Below the pieces are notes generated by a model, which was not told where the DNA came from, made no database searches, and was given only the letters and a program-made list of their open reading frames with translations. This document shows positions 1 through 10,633 of a stretch of 64,000 nt of DNA, piece after piece. This stretch comes from a virus. Location: the IMG/VR virus record IMGVR_UViG_3300050821_003843, positions 1 to 64,000 of that record; one strand, written 5' to 3'. Position numbers and translations under genes: made by a program. The stretch's first letter is position 1. Each line of letters opens with the position of its first letter.

Positions 1-4
1 GAGG

Positions 5-1849
5 ATGTTGGGTGATGTGTCGGCAGGAGACCAGAACAAACTCAATGGACTGAGTTATGCATTTGCCCAAATGTCCGCTAGGGGGCGAGTAGCGGGTGAC
101 GACTTACGCCAGATGATTAACTGGGGTTTCAATCCCTTACAGGAGATGGCAAGAACCAGTGGTAAGAATATGTCTGAACTCACTGAACGAATGCACGATG
201 GCAAAATCAACATCGACATGTTGAAAGGTGCATTTCAAAGTGCAACGGCTGAAGGTGGTCGATTCTTCGGCATGATGGATAAACAGTCAAGAACTTTCAC
301 TGGTCTATGGTCAACAGTGAAAGATGAAATGGCTGTCCTATTAACTGAAATCGGTCAACAGTTAATCAAGCATCTTGATATCAAGAAGATCATGGCAGAT
401 ACGATTGTGTGGTTACAAGAAGCCACCAAGTACATGAAAGTCTATGGCGAGTACATCGTCATTGTCGTGATCGAGGGAACCAAGTTCCTAATTGGTATGG
501 TTGCACTGAAACTTGCCATTTATGCGGCCGGTGTAGCCATGAGTGTCTACACAGCAGCAACCAAGGGAGCAGCCATTTCTCAAGCCATACTTTTAGCTTT
601 ACAGGGACCAAAGGGTTGGGTCCAATTGGCAGCGGGGTTAGCTCTCGCAGCAACAGCCACCTACCAGATTTCACAAGGATTCGCCAAAGTTGCTGATGAT
701 GCTAAGAAGGCGGCAAATGGTATCAAGGAAGTGGCGAATGAAGTCAAGGGAATGGATAACCGTAAAGCTGGTGAAGTGATCGACGCGATTGATGTCAAGC
801 TAAAGGAATTAAATCGGTTTGCTCGGGAAATGAACTTTCGCGGTATGGGTTTCAATCGTGAGAAAAAGGCTGATGCGATTTTAGCAGATGAGGGAGTCAA
901 TCGAGCGTTAGGCATCAAGACGATGACGCCTGAACTCTCCGAAGTGGATAAACAGGTTAATGAACTGCGTAAGACACTTAGAAAACTCGAAGGAGATTGG
1001 GGGGCTGCACTCAGTGTCAAACGTGCTCGACAGTTGAAGGATGATGTCAATCGTGAACTGGCTGCGATTGGTAACGAGAAGTCAGGCGCGAACGAGATGT
1101 TTACATCGACTCGTGACCAGTTGCGCAAGCTGCAAGAAGAACTTGATCCATCATTGACTAAGGCTCGGATGATGGCGTCAGGCATGAGTAAGGCGAAGTG
1201 GGAAGAGATTCAGGAAAATAAGAAACTCATCAGTAGTTTGGAAAATGAACTGCGATTGAAAAAAGCCATTGCGGATATTCGTGGTAAACATTCTGACCAG
1301 CGAATTGAAGCGGATGCCCTCGCTGACTCGATGGATAGTGCTCGGGTCAAAATGGGTCAGGAGATGGATAAATGGCAGTCCATGTTCTCACAAGGGCTAT
1401 TGTCCAAAAACACACTCGACAAATTGAACAAACATGCTCAAGAGGATCTACTAGGTCCAGTACAGGGGATGCTTGATTCGATTCGTACCCCACGTGAAAA
1501 ACTACAGCGTGAAATCGCCGAGATTGATAAACAGTTTGAAGCAGGTCGATTAACTCAAGAGCAGCGGGATAAATTAGTCAACAAAGCAACTCGCCATGCG
1601 GAAGGCAGTCCAGTGGGTCTACTCGATAGCGCGATGGTTGGTACTCGTGAAGCAGCAGCACATGTCAGTGATTACTTGGCTGGAGCAGATAAATCAGCAA
1701 CACTGAACCCCGGTCTAGTTGCAGCGAATAAGACAAATGAGACATTGGATAAGATCCTTGAGGCACTTGGACCGATCAAGAGTATTAGTGAAACGATGGC
1801 CGGTGAACCACCACCAATCGAAATCAAGGCGGGCAGCTTGATTTCGTAA
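5..1849 (+). CDS. Tail tape measure protein (5'-truncated by the window)
   Basis: Tape-measure motifs (YAFAQMSARGRVAGDDLRQM, GFNPLQEMA, GGRFFGMMDKQSRTFTGLWST), a hydrophobic stretch, then long coiled coil. Confidence 0.92.
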   Translation: MLGDVSAGDQNKLNGLSYAFAQMSARGRVAGDDLRQMINWGFNPLQEMARTSGKNMSELTERMHDGKINIDMLKGAFQSATAEGGRFFGMMDKQSRTFTGLWSTVKDEMAVLLTEIGQQLIKHLDIKKIMADTIVWLQEATKYMKVYGEYIVIVVIEGTKFLIGMVALKLAIYAAGVAMSVYTAATKGAAISQAILLALQGPKGWVQLAAGLALAATATYQISQGFAKVADDAKKAANGIKEVANEVKGMDNRKAGEVIDAIDVKLKELNRFAREMNFRGMGFNREKKADAILADEGVNRALGIKTMTPELSEVDKQVNELRKTLRKLEGDWGAALSVKRARQLKDDVNRELAAIGNEKSGANEMFTSTRDQLRKLQEELDPSLTKARMMASGMSKAKWEEIQENKKLISSLENELRLKKAIADIRGKHSDQRIEADALADSMDSARVKMGQEMDKWQSMFSQGLLSKNTLDKLNKHAQEDLLGPVQGMLDSIRTPREKLQREIAEIDKQFEAGRLTQEQRDKLVNKATRHAEGSPVGLLDSAMVGTREAAAHVSDYLAGADKSATLNPGLVAANKTNETLDKILEALGPIKSISETMAGEPPPIEIKAGSLIS

Positions 1850-1859
1850 GCCCCAAATT

Positions 1860-1937
1860 TGCGTTTTAACGCCAAGTTGTCAAAAAACGATACTTAACCC
1901 CATATTTTCGCCCAAAACGCCTAAAAACCACCAAAAC
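1860..1937 (+). repeat. Left copy of ~78-bp imperfect inverted repeat with A/T tracts
   Basis: Manual alignment to the reverse complement of 11327-11403 gives about 60/78 identities, including 16-nt TAAAAACCACCAAAAC. Confidence 0.8.
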
Positions 1938-2015
1938 GGGACGCACACGACGTGTTACGCCTGCCAATTACCAAAAAGGTGACTAAATGACAATGACAAC
2001 CGGAGGTGGTCAGTC

Positions 2016-3275
2016 ATGACTGCAACAGCCTTAGATGGTAATGGCAATTTGATGCGTCGTATGTGGTCTGGTGAACGTGACGACGACGGTCATCGTACAT
2101 GGACCGTAGAGCATCAGGTCACAACGACAGATACACTTGACGGTCCATCGACTGTGATGGCTTGTTCTGACCTGCCTCAAATTGGCGATATGTGGGTCTT
2201 TGGTAATGACAACGATACGTGGGCGTTCTGTTGGCCTACGATGAAGGTGGATTATCTTTCACAAAAAGATGGTGAGAAACAAAAGTATTGGAAAGTACAA
2301 CAGAAGTTCTCAACTAAGCCGATGCATCGGTGTAACGTCACCCAAGTTGAAAACCCCCTATCTGAGCCGTTCATCATCTCGGGTAACTTTGTCAAGTATA
2401 CCAAGGAAGTGGCGTATGATCGTTACCAGAATCAGATACGATCCAGTTCATTAGAACAAGTACATGGGGCTGGTGTTGAATTTGATTTCAATCGGATGTC
2501 AGTCAAGATCTCATGGAACGTCAGTGCTCTAAACTTAGGTACAATCTCTACATTTGTAGATACGGTCAATGACAGTACGTTGTGGGGTATGGCTCGCCGG
2601 TGTGTGAAACTCAGTAACTATTCATTCGAGCGGATTCTCTATGGTGTCTGTACGTTCTATTATCGACAGAACCTTGAATTCGATATTGATTGGAACACCT
2701 TTGACCGCAGCTTGATGGATGAAGGATTCAAAGCGTTACACGGTGAGTGGAGATTACCGGGGGATACGAATGCGGATATGCTGACATGGCGCAACGGTGT
2801 CGCCCTACCGCCCGAAAGTGATTGGAAGTTGTTACCAATCATTACAGCCAGTGGAGCGAAAATTGCACCTGACCGCAACAATCCCCAACACTTTACCCGG
2901 TATAAAGATCGTAATGGGGAAATTGGTCGGGCAATCCTCGATGGTAACGGTGAGCCTGTCAGCGTTGGTAATGCTCCATTGTTGTGGGCACAGAGTACTC
3001 AATATCGACGCGGTACGATTGTTGTTAATCCATCTCTATGGTCGGGTAGTGACGGCAGTATCACGGGTAACGTCTATAAGTGTGTGTTTGATGGCACATC
3101 TAATTCAAGTGGGGCAGGACCAACAGGTACAGGTACAAACATCTCAGACGGCACGGTGAAATGGGACTTTATGTACACTGCAAACGCTGGCGGTCAGTAT
3201 GGTCCAGGTAATATCATCGTGAGTTATTATCCGCAGAGCAATTTTCTGTTACTTGGAATTCCCACAAGTCTATAA
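2016..3275 (+). CDS. Tail protein with C-terminal CBM5/12-like module
   Basis: Follows tape measure; GGAGG SD; WAQSTQYRRG..GNVYKC..PTGTG..DGTVKW motif typical of small carbohydrate-binding modules. Confidence 0.6.
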   Translation: MTATALDGNGNLMRRMWSGERDDDGHRTWTVEHQVTTTDTLDGPSTVMACSDLPQIGDMWVFGNDNDTWAFCWPTMKVDYLSQKDGEKQKYWKVQQKFSTKPMHRCNVTQVENPLSEPFIISGNFVKYTKEVAYDRYQNQIRSSSLEQVHGAGVEFDFNRMSVKISWNVSALNLGTISTFVDTVNDSTLWGMARRCVKLSNYSFERILYGVCTFYYRQNLEFDIDWNTFDRSLMDEGFKALHGEWRLPGDTNADMLTWRNGVALPPESDWKLLPIITASGAKIAPDRNNPQHFTRYKDRNGEIGRAILDGNGEPVSVGNAPLLWAQSTQYRRGTIVVNPSLWSGSDGSITGNVYKCVFDGTSNSSGAGPTGTGTNISDGTVKWDFMYTANAGGQYGPGNIIVSYYPQSNFLLLGIPTSL

Positions 3276-3297
3276 GCATTTAGAAAGTTGATACATA

Positions 3298-3720
3298 ATG
3301 GACGAAATACACGTACCTGATGAAGAAACACGAATTCGACCACAATCAACCGTGGTCCATCGACTGACCATTGTCTCCACCGTATACCATCAAGTTCACG
3401 GCGGTGAAGCACAGGACTTGCAAACTCGTTGTAGTCGTGTGTTGACGACTGATGAACAACTCTATCAACGTTTGATGAAATCGACTGAAAAACCCTCCCC
3501 CATTGACTTGGGTTGGTTGAAGGGCTTGCCGATTGGCTTGATCCATATTGACAACCGTGATAAACAAGCCGAACTACTTGTCTATTTTGGTGCAAGCGAG
3601 GCACTGATTAAGATACCACCACTGGAATCATTCTTCTTTACACCTGCTAAAGAATTCAGTGTGCAGGTGAGTAGTAATATCGGTGGATCAAAATTCATGG
3701 TCTCCATCATTCCGGGGTAA
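3298..3720 (+). CDS. Hypothetical tail-region protein
   Basis: 140-aa ORF in the tail operon, preceded by AGAAAGTTGATAC leader. Confidence 0.55.
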   Translation: MDEIHVPDEETRIRPQSTVVHRLTIVSTVYHQVHGGEAQDLQTRCSRVLTTDEQLYQRLMKSTEKPSPIDLGWLKGLPIGLIHIDNRDKQAELLVYFGASEALIKIPPLESFFFTPAKEFSVQVSSNIGGSKFMVSIIPG

Positions 3721-3755
3721 TCTGATACCTCGAAGAGTATTAGACAGGATGTAGA

Positions 3756-4589
3756 ATGCCTAGTCAAGGCGGTTTGAATCTACTGAGTGATGCCGATGTC
3801 GCGTTACTTCGAGAAATGGTCCGTGGGTACAAATCCCAACGTATCAGTAGTCCATACAGACAAGATGATTTAAGTACACATCAAGCCCCTGAAACCTACG
3901 TTGCGCTGCCAATACCATGTGAAGGTATTCCAGGTTTGATTCGTGAGGAAACGACAGGGACGGGGACATTTGGAGACGAGTCAGGTAGTACAGGTACAGA
4001 TTCGGATACAGGCACGGGGTCAGGTACAACAGGTTGTCCAGGTGATATTGCTGGTCCCGGTGATCGACCGGGTATGGCAATGTGTGACATCTATCGACTG
4101 AATCAATCGAATAACACGCTTCAAAAACTGGGGATTACCAAACCTGTCTATAACTTGTCAGCATCACCGTTACCAAAGGATTGGACGCTGGTGACTCGTG
4201 ACAAATCTGGCCGGTGGTATGCTGTCGTTAGTTCTCCGGGCGGTAGTGGTGCGCAAATCATTGAATTCACCTTGACGAGCGTCCTCTGTGCAAGCCATAC
4301 AGGTACGGGTACTGGAACTGGTACAGCGAACCAGATTTCTTACGTACTGGCACTTGCGGACCCAATTGGTACGATTTGCGGTGGAGTAATCCCACCCGGA
4401 CCAGTTAGAATTTACGACGATGAATGCTGTTATCTCGTGGGTAACGTTCAACTCTTGGTGAACTCTCGTGGTAAAGCAGTCAAGATGCAGTCTAGTAATC
4501 GTAATACGGGGTGTGATCAGCTTATCCGTCCATCTTGCTACTGGTCGATTATCTCGTTCTGTGGTCTTGGTATGAACTGTGGTGCTTAA
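3756..4589 (+). CDS. Putative tail protein with Gly-Thr repeats
   Basis: Operon position; TGTGT tracts; several Cys. Confidence 0.5.
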   Translation: MPSQGGLNLLSDADVALLREMVRGYKSQRISSPYRQDDLSTHQAPETYVALPIPCEGIPGLIREETTGTGTFGDESGSTGTDSDTGTGSGTTGCPGDIAGPGDRPGMAMCDIYRLNQSNNTLQKLGITKPVYNLSASPLPKDWTLVTRDKSGRWYAVVSSPGGSGAQIIEFTLTSVLCASHTGTGTGTGTANQISYVLALADPIGTICGGVIPPGPVRIYDDECCYLVGNVQLLVNSRGKAVKMQSSNRNTGCDQLIRPSCYWSIISFCGLGMNCGA

Positions 4590-4592
4590 CCC

Positions 4593-6017
4593 ATGATCAA
4601 ACCTTGTCAGAGTTGCGATATTCTAAATCTCGACTGTGCCTCATGCCAGCGATGTCTACCAAAATACTTGTGTTGTCAGGTCAACATTACTCCATCGTCT
4701 ACGGGGACAGGGAGTGATATTGATTGTTGTGGTTATGACATGCTGATGAAGTTCAGTTGTCCTGTCGGGGAAGCATTTGGAGGGGGTTGGGCAGGCAATG
4801 CAACTTGTTTGATCACGGGTAGACTGCCATTTTCCATTATCGCTGTACTTACTAAAGACGATAGTGGTTGCCACACTCAGGTCGGCATTTTTCTAAATGA
4901 CATCCTTCAGCCGTTACTCAAATTTGATGGAGTCCTGCCTGATGATATGACTTTCGATCTTACAGATAATCGAGGTAATCGGTATCAAGGGACGATTAGT
5001 CGCTATGGTCATATGGTCGCAAATCCACAAGCATGTGATATCTGTTCACCCTGTATTTGCGTGACTTGTATTCCGGGCATTCTCTCAGTAAATGTACAGG
5101 GCAATGCTCCTAACTACTTTCTACCCAATGGTGATCCTGAACCAGTCTTATGCCACTGTTCGAATACCGAGTTATTTCTGTTCGATTCCGTGTTACGGGA
5201 GTGGATTGGTCCACCAATACCATGTGCCAATGTCACGGTCTATACAACGATCAAACTTGCGCAAGCCCCTGACCAGTTTTGTGGATTTCATATCACGTTC
5301 CATACAAGCCCTACGGGAACCGGGACTGAACTCTACTCGTTTATCATCAGCTTTGAAGGAAGTACAAGTGATAGATGGCTTAGGGGGGTGCCGTGTGAGG
5401 GAGAATTTGGACTGACCAACGTTGGATTACCGAGCCTCAAACCATGCCCACCCAGTACGGGTACTGTCGGTGAAGACGGACAAGACGGTAATTGTCCTGA
5501 CCCCCCTCCAACATTATTCAATACGCAAGTTCAAGCGTCATTCTTTTTGCACCAAGGCACGCCCGAAGCTTGCAATGTTACCGTAGCAGCGTTTGCATGC
5601 GGGATGAGGAATATTGGTGAAACCCCACAAGTTGCCGTATGCAAGTGTTCTGACAATATTCCGACGACATTGAATTTGACCGTCTCATCAGACTGTCCGG
5701 GGATCAACGGTTATAACATACAACTTGTGTGGGATGGTTGTGGTTCATGGAGGGCAAAGGTTGTAACACCAGATCAGGGTATCGGGGGTGGTTCATCAAG
5801 AACAGTCTATTTCAACTTGAAGTTCAGTGAGGGAGTTGTTTCCTTTGAGTACCATGACGTGACAGGGATTGATCCAGTGTTTTTTGATCCTCCCACGATG
5901 TTCAGTTGTTCGCCGTTTATTCTCGTATTCAATGGTATCTCTACCATGAGAATCTTTGCCGATCCAGTGTGTAATCCTATCACGACCACATTTATCACGG
6001 TGACGATCACAGCATGA
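4593..6017 (+). CDS. Cys-rich putative tail fibre/receptor-binding protein
   Basis: Repeated CxxC..P..LxVxV units and STGTG motifs; beta-rich. Confidence 0.5.
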   Translation: MIKPCQSCDILNLDCASCQRCLPKYLCCQVNITPSSTGTGSDIDCCGYDMLMKFSCPVGEAFGGGWAGNATCLITGRLPFSIIAVLTKDDSGCHTQVGIFLNDILQPLLKFDGVLPDDMTFDLTDNRGNRYQGTISRYGHMVANPQACDICSPCICVTCIPGILSVNVQGNAPNYFLPNGDPEPVLCHCSNTELFLFDSVLREWIGPPIPCANVTVYTTIKLAQAPDQFCGFHITFHTSPTGTGTELYSFIISFEGSTSDRWLRGVPCEGEFGLTNVGLPSLKPCPPSTGTVGEDGQDGNCPDPPPTLFNTQVQASFFLHQGTPEACNVTVAAFACGMRNIGETPQVAVCKCSDNIPTTLNLTVSSDCPGINGYNIQLVWDGCGSWRAKVVTPDQGIGGGSSRTVYFNLKFSEGVVSFEYHDVTGIDPVFFDPPTMFSCSPFILVFNGISTMRIFADPVCNPITTTFITVTITA

Positions 6018-7129
6018 GTGATAATAACTTCCCAGAGTGTGAAAAATTCACTGGCCGTTTGAAGGCTATCTGTCGGTGTGAGACAGAATTACCGTTAGAC
6101 GGTCCACAATCTCATAACGCTTATCGACGACTATGGGGGCTTGATCCGATTATCAATGACTCGCCTAAGCCCGCGCCTCAACCCGCTAAGGCATCAGCCA
6201 GTGGAATTATGGCAATGAGAGGCTTAGGTGATTTACTGGCGAGTGGCATCAAGTTCGCCACATTTGGAATGGTCAAACCGTGTGGTGGTTGTGGTAAGAG
6301 ACAAGAAAAGTTGAATAATATGTTTCCTAATCCATTGCTGTCGAAAGACGTGGTTGAGACAACGGCAGTTCAATCCGGGAATTCAGAAATGAAATGGGCT
6401 TACGGTGTTACAACGGTAATTGAGAGACTACATAACGGTCTATTGCAAACAACATTAGAATCACTAAAACGAGGAGGCTTTGATAAACCTCGTTTGTTCA
6501 TCGACGGAGATAATCGCGGGTTCGAACGCTTTGGACTAGAGATGACTCATCGGGCGCAAGTGATTCGCAGTTATGGTAACTGGTTATTGGGTTTGTTAGA
6601 ACTCTATATTCGAGATCCATTCGCCGACCGTTACGCCATGTTCCAAGACGACTTCGTGACATACGTTGGTTTAAGAGGATACTTGGAACAGGTACAGTAT
6701 CCGGAAAAAGGCTATTGGAACTTGTACACATTCCCACACAATCAGCCTGATCAACTCGCTAATAGGGTGATGAATGGTACTAAGACACATCCCACACTCG
6801 ACCCAAACACAGTCGGGTTCTATCCAGCTTGTCAGAATGGTAAAGGGGCAGTTGCCTTGATTTTCGACAATACTGCCGTCAAGTTTCTGTTATCTCGCCC
6901 ACACATGATTGAACGTGTACAGAACTCACAACGTGGACACAAAGCCATAGACGGGGGTGTGGTGGAAGCCTTCAGACAGGAAGGATGGACTGAGTATGTG
7001 CATAATCCATCGCTTGTCCAACACATCGGTGAACAATCGAGTATGGGTAATCCACAACATTTGAAGTCGATTTCATTTCGAGGCGAGCAATTTGACGCAA
7101 GAACGTTACTATCTCAAACTGTGACCTGA
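6014..7129 (+). CDS. Glycosyltransferase-like protein with N-terminal GLGD/Cys motif
   Basis: RGLGD..CGGCGKRQEKLN N-terminal motif; GT-A-like FQDD and HNPSLVQHIG motifs. Confidence 0.6.
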   Translation: MSDNNFPECEKFTGRLKAICRCETELPLDGPQSHNAYRRLWGLDPIINDSPKPAPQPAKASASGIMAMRGLGDLLASGIKFATFGMVKPCGGCGKRQEKLNNMFPNPLLSKDVVETTAVQSGNSEMKWAYGVTTVIERLHNGLLQTTLESLKRGGFDKPRLFIDGDNRGFERFGLEMTHRAQVIRSYGNWLLGLLELYIRDPFADRYAMFQDDFVTYVGLRGYLEQVQYPEKGYWNLYTFPHNQPDQLANRVMNGTKTHPTLDPNTVGFYPACQNGKGAVALIFDNTAVKFLLSRPHMIERVQNSQRGHKAIDGGVVEAFRQEGWTEYVHNPSLVQHIGEQSSMGNPQHLKSISFRGEQFDARTLLSQTVT

Positions 7130-7390
7130 GACTTTTCCAGTTTCAACGTCAAAATAGATTGTATGAATTCTGTTTTGCTGATCACAATAGGAGTGGGCGT
7201 ACATTCTACCCTTCACATCATAATGCTTTGACTCATGCCAGACATTATCAATCGACCAGATAGTGGAATGACTGCCCGCAGGGTCACCAATTACAGTAAC
7301 CTGACTGTCGGCTGTTGACTGACTGGGTTTGACACCGCACGCCAGCAATAATCCGTAAGCCATAAGGATGATGCACACGAGTTCTTTCAT
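7109..7390 (-). CDS. Putative small lipoprotein
   Basis: Hydrophobic N-terminus ending in LLAC lipobox; oriented against the operon. Confidence 0.5.
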   Translation of the reverse strand: MKELVCIILMAYGLLLACGVKPSQSTADSQVTVIGDPAGSHSTIWSIDNVWHESKHYDVKGRMYAHSYCDQQNRIHTIYFDVETGKVSGHSLR

Positions 7391-7481
7391 GATGTCCCTT
7401 TAGTGTAAAGCACCTGACCACATCACGTATAACGTAAACTCGGCCGAAATGGGTTAAAATTTTTTGAAACACCATAAAAAC

Positions 7482-7685
7482 ATGTTGGGCGACACGGTTT
7501 CAACAGCCTTAGAGAGTGTGGGGATTACCGATCAGCGGGTATCACAATGGCTCGGTAAACAATGTCATTGTCCCGAACGAAAGGAACGATTAAATCAGCT
7601 AGATCGTTGGGCGAGGCAGGTGATTGCGGGCAAGTTAGTCGAAGCGAGAATGTATCTCAATCAACTTTTAGAAAGTGACAAATGA
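7482..7685 (+). CDS. Small LGD/CxC motif protein
   Basis: LGDTVSTALESVGIT..CHCPERKERLN, paralogous to the N-terminal motif of the 6014 ORF. Confidence 0.6.
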   Translation: MLGDTVSTALESVGITDQRVSQWLGKQCHCPERKERLNQLDRWARQVIAGKLVEARMYLNQLLESDK

Positions 7686-8641
7686 ACGAACAACAGGCGA
7701 TTGCGCAAATGGTCTCACCCGGTATGCGTCGACCGGGAATTTTTCGTGGTGGCATTCTACAAATCTTAGTTACGCGAGGATGCGATAAAAGTTGCTTCCA
7801 CTGTACACAAGGGAGTAACTTGGGCGGTAAACCCATGATGATTACCGTGGATCAATTTGCAGAAGCATGCGACTCTCTTCAAAGCTATTTTGGTGTAGTA
7901 GGTATGTTCGGGGGGAATCCCTGTATCCACCCCCAATTCGACAAACTCTGTCGTATCATGCGTGAAAAGATCCCATTTGAACAACGGGGCTTATGGTCTA
8001 ATAACCCATTAGGTAAGGGAGCTATCTGCGCCATCACGTTCAATCCCAAGGTGTCTAATCTAAACGTACATTTGGATCAAGCTGCACACGATGAATTCGC
8101 CACGGACTGGGTAGCAGCAAAACCCTATCTCAAAGGACTCGACAGTGACTCACGACATGGTCCCCCCTTTGTCGCTATGCAGGACGTTGGATTGAGTGAA
8201 GAGGAAATCTGGCAGAACACAGCAACATGTGATGTGAATCAACACTGGTCGGCATTGATCGGCGTTTTTCGAGGAGAACTACGCGCTTGGGTGTGTGAAC
8301 TCATGGGCGCTCAAGCGATGATCCATCAAAACGAACCTGACTACCCGGATACGGGAATGAAAGTGACTCCCGGCTGGTGGCGTAAGCCCATGACGGAATT
8401 TTCTGAACAGGTTAAGTACCATTGTCGTCGATGTGGCATTCCGTTAAAGGGATATGGTCAATTGGCGATTGGCGGGGAAACAGAACAGGTTAGTGAAACA
8501 CACAAGTCAATCTATAAACCCAAGGATAAGGATCGACTGGTACAACTCATCACAAACCGCGGGGAACTCAAGGAAGGTGCGTTAGCAGTTGCTACGAACT
8601 ACATCGAGAACTCTTCTGTCTTAGCAGGAGATGCAATATGA
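7682..8641 (+). CDS. Radical SAM enzyme
   Basis: CDKSCFHC (CxxxCxxC), GGNP motif, extra C-terminal Cys (CRRC). Confidence 0.88.
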   Translation: MNEQQAIAQMVSPGMRRPGIFRGGILQILVTRGCDKSCFHCTQGSNLGGKPMMITVDQFAEACDSLQSYFGVVGMFGGNPCIHPQFDKLCRIMREKIPFEQRGLWSNNPLGKGAICAITFNPKVSNLNVHLDQAAHDEFATDWVAAKPYLKGLDSDSRHGPPFVAMQDVGLSEEEIWQNTATCDVNQHWSALIGVFRGELRAWVCELMGAQAMIHQNEPDYPDTGMKVTPGWWRKPMTEFSEQVKYHCRRCGIPLKGYGQLAIGGETEQVSETHKSIYKPKDKDRLVQLITNRGELKEGALAVATNYIENSSVLAGDAI

Positions 8642-9840
8642 ATTGTGACTGTCAGCACACAACCTCACCCGAGACTGGGTTGATCGTCCGAGAAAAGATC
8701 TGCGAACGTCACAGACCATTTCGCACGTTGCCAGAAGAAATAGATAGTAGTTACTATCGACGATTGGGAACGCTAAGTGATGCCAACGAAATCAACCAGA
8801 CAAATCATGTACAGGAGCTACTGAGTCAGATTGTTGATTTTGATTTACCCAATGGAAAAAGACTACTGGAAATTGGTTGTGGTGTCAGTCCCTACGTGAG
8901 TCACTTGATTCAACTCGGGTTCGAATATACGGGGTTAGATGCTTCGAAGTGGGTGTGTAATTATCTCAATAAGAAGTTCAATGTCGAGGCGATTGCCGGT
9001 AGATTTGAAGATGTTGAATTCGAGTCACGTCAATTTGATTTGATACTGGCTGCGCACGTGTTGGAACATATTGTTGATCCAATCAGTGCTCTCGAAAAGA
9101 TGAAACGTCATTTGTCACCAACAGGACGAATCATACTGCTTGTGCCAGAAGGCACAGACCTGATTAACCCCGATCACGACTGCTTCTTCACAGTGGAAAC
9201 ATTGAGTAACTGCATTCATCAGGTAGGATTGTGTATTCAACTCATTACTACAGTTCAAATCGTGGAACATGAACGCTTTATTTATGCCGTTGTCAGTCCT
9301 ATTGAGTTCCCTCGATTTGCGCCGGGTGTTTCGGGAGCAATCTATACCACCTTATCAGAAGAGGGGATGCTCACTTACTTGCTACCCAAAAATGGGACGA
9401 TGTTGGAAATTGGTTCGGCTAACGGGGGTACTGCGCATCAAGTTGCAATTGCCCGACCCGAAGCGTCAATTGTGTGTATTGATGCCTTTTGTGATCCCAT
9501 AGCGACGTATGAGTACTGGCAACGGAACCAACGTGAGAACATGGTTCTTTTCAAAGGGTACTTTACCGACTACTTGAAGCATGACAGTAGCGCCAGTTTT
9601 GATGTTGTCTTCATCGATGGGGACCATCATTACGAAAGTTGTTTAATGGACATTTATGCGTCTGTTGAGTTACTTAAAGAGGGTGGATTCATTGCAGTCC
9701 ATGACTATGGTGATCCTAACCATCGTGACGTAACTAATGCGGTTCATGCCTTCTGTATCAAAACCCGCTGGCAGTTCTACACTGTTACAGGCTCACTTGC
9801 GGTATTAAGGAATCGTGACCATGCCACACCAAACAGCTAG
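8638..9840 (+). CDS. Tandem class I SAM-dependent methyltransferase (two domains)
   Basis: LLEIGCG..HVLEH first domain; LEIGS..FIDGDHHY..HDY second domain. Confidence 0.88.
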   Translation: MNCDCQHTTSPETGLIVREKICERHRPFRTLPEEIDSSYYRRLGTLSDANEINQTNHVQELLSQIVDFDLPNGKRLLEIGCGVSPYVSHLIQLGFEYTGLDASKWVCNYLNKKFNVEAIAGRFEDVEFESRQFDLILAAHVLEHIVDPISALEKMKRHLSPTGRIILLVPEGTDLINPDHDCFFTVETLSNCIHQVGLCIQLITTVQIVEHERFIYAVVSPIEFPRFAPGVSGAIYTTLSEEGMLTYLLPKNGTMLEIGSANGGTAHQVAIARPEASIVCIDAFCDPIATYEYWQRNQRENMVLFKGYFTDYLKHDSSASFDVVFIDGDHHYESCLMDIYASVELLKEGGFIAVHDYGDPNHRDVTNAVHAFCIKTRWQFYTVTGSLAVLRNRDHATPNS

Positions 9841-10633
9841 AGGAATTGTAGTTTGTGTTGGGTTTGATGATCTATTAGCAATCACACTACCAAGGAACAT
9901 GAGATTTCTATCTGAATGTGTTGTTGTGACCTCACCCGATGACATTAGAACTCAAGAGCTGGTAAAGAAAATACCAGATTGTCGATTACACATCACCGAT
10001 TCCTTCTATGCTAATGGAGCCAAGTTTAACAAGGGACTTGGAATGGAAGAAGGTTTTGATGTGTTAGGTCGTGATGGTTGGATTCAGATATGGGACGCTG
10101 ACATACTGTTCCCAGAGCATTTCAAACTACCCGACTTGAGTGTGGGTATGCTCTACGGGGCGCAACGGTTGGTACTCAATGACCCCAAACAATGGAAGCC
10201 AGAATTTAACTGGCTGAGTCTGAAACCCGCCAACGATGCGGAACGGGTGTCAGGTTACTTCCAGTTATTCAACGCCAGCGATTGGCACATCCTTCAAAAG
10301 CCGTGGTATGACGTATGCTTTACCCATGCTGGAGGTTGTGATGGTTATTTCGATTCACGCTGGCCACGTAACCGTACACAACGTCTGCCATTCAATGTAC
10401 TCCATTTGGGGCCAGTTGATGCGAATTGGTTCGGCAGAACACAAGCCAGAGTAGACGGACAGCCAATTGGAGGTAATCCAATGACATCACGTTTACTTAA
10501 TCAGCAGTATCGCGCTTATAAAGGTTGGAATACCTTACATCCACCAGTGAAGGAATTTCAAGAGGTGGTGGAAGTACCGGGTTATCAACCAAGTGGGTTT
10601 ATCCCACGTGCCTCGATCAGGAAAACACACTAA
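9821..10633 (+). CDS. GT-A fold glycosyltransferase
   Basis: VCVGFDDLL, FNKG, WDADI (DxD), GYFQLF, HLG..NWFGR. Confidence 0.75.
   Translation: MPHQTARGIVVCVGFDDLLAITLPRNMRFLSECVVVTSPDDIRTQELVKKIPDCRLHITDSFYANGAKFNKGLGMEEGFDVLGRDGWIQIWDADILFPEHFKLPDLSVGMLYGAQRLVLNDPKQWKPEFNWLSLKPANDAERVSGYFQLFNASDWHILQKPWYDVCFTHAGGCDGYFDSRWPRNRTQRLPFNVLHLGPVDANWFGRTQARVDGQPIGGNPMTSRLLNQQYRAYKGWNTLHPPVKEFQEVVEVPGYQPSGFIPRASIRKTH

Noticed and set aside
2016-6017. Diversity-generating retroelement acting on tail genes
   Set aside because: No reverse transcriptase and no template/variable repeat pair seen
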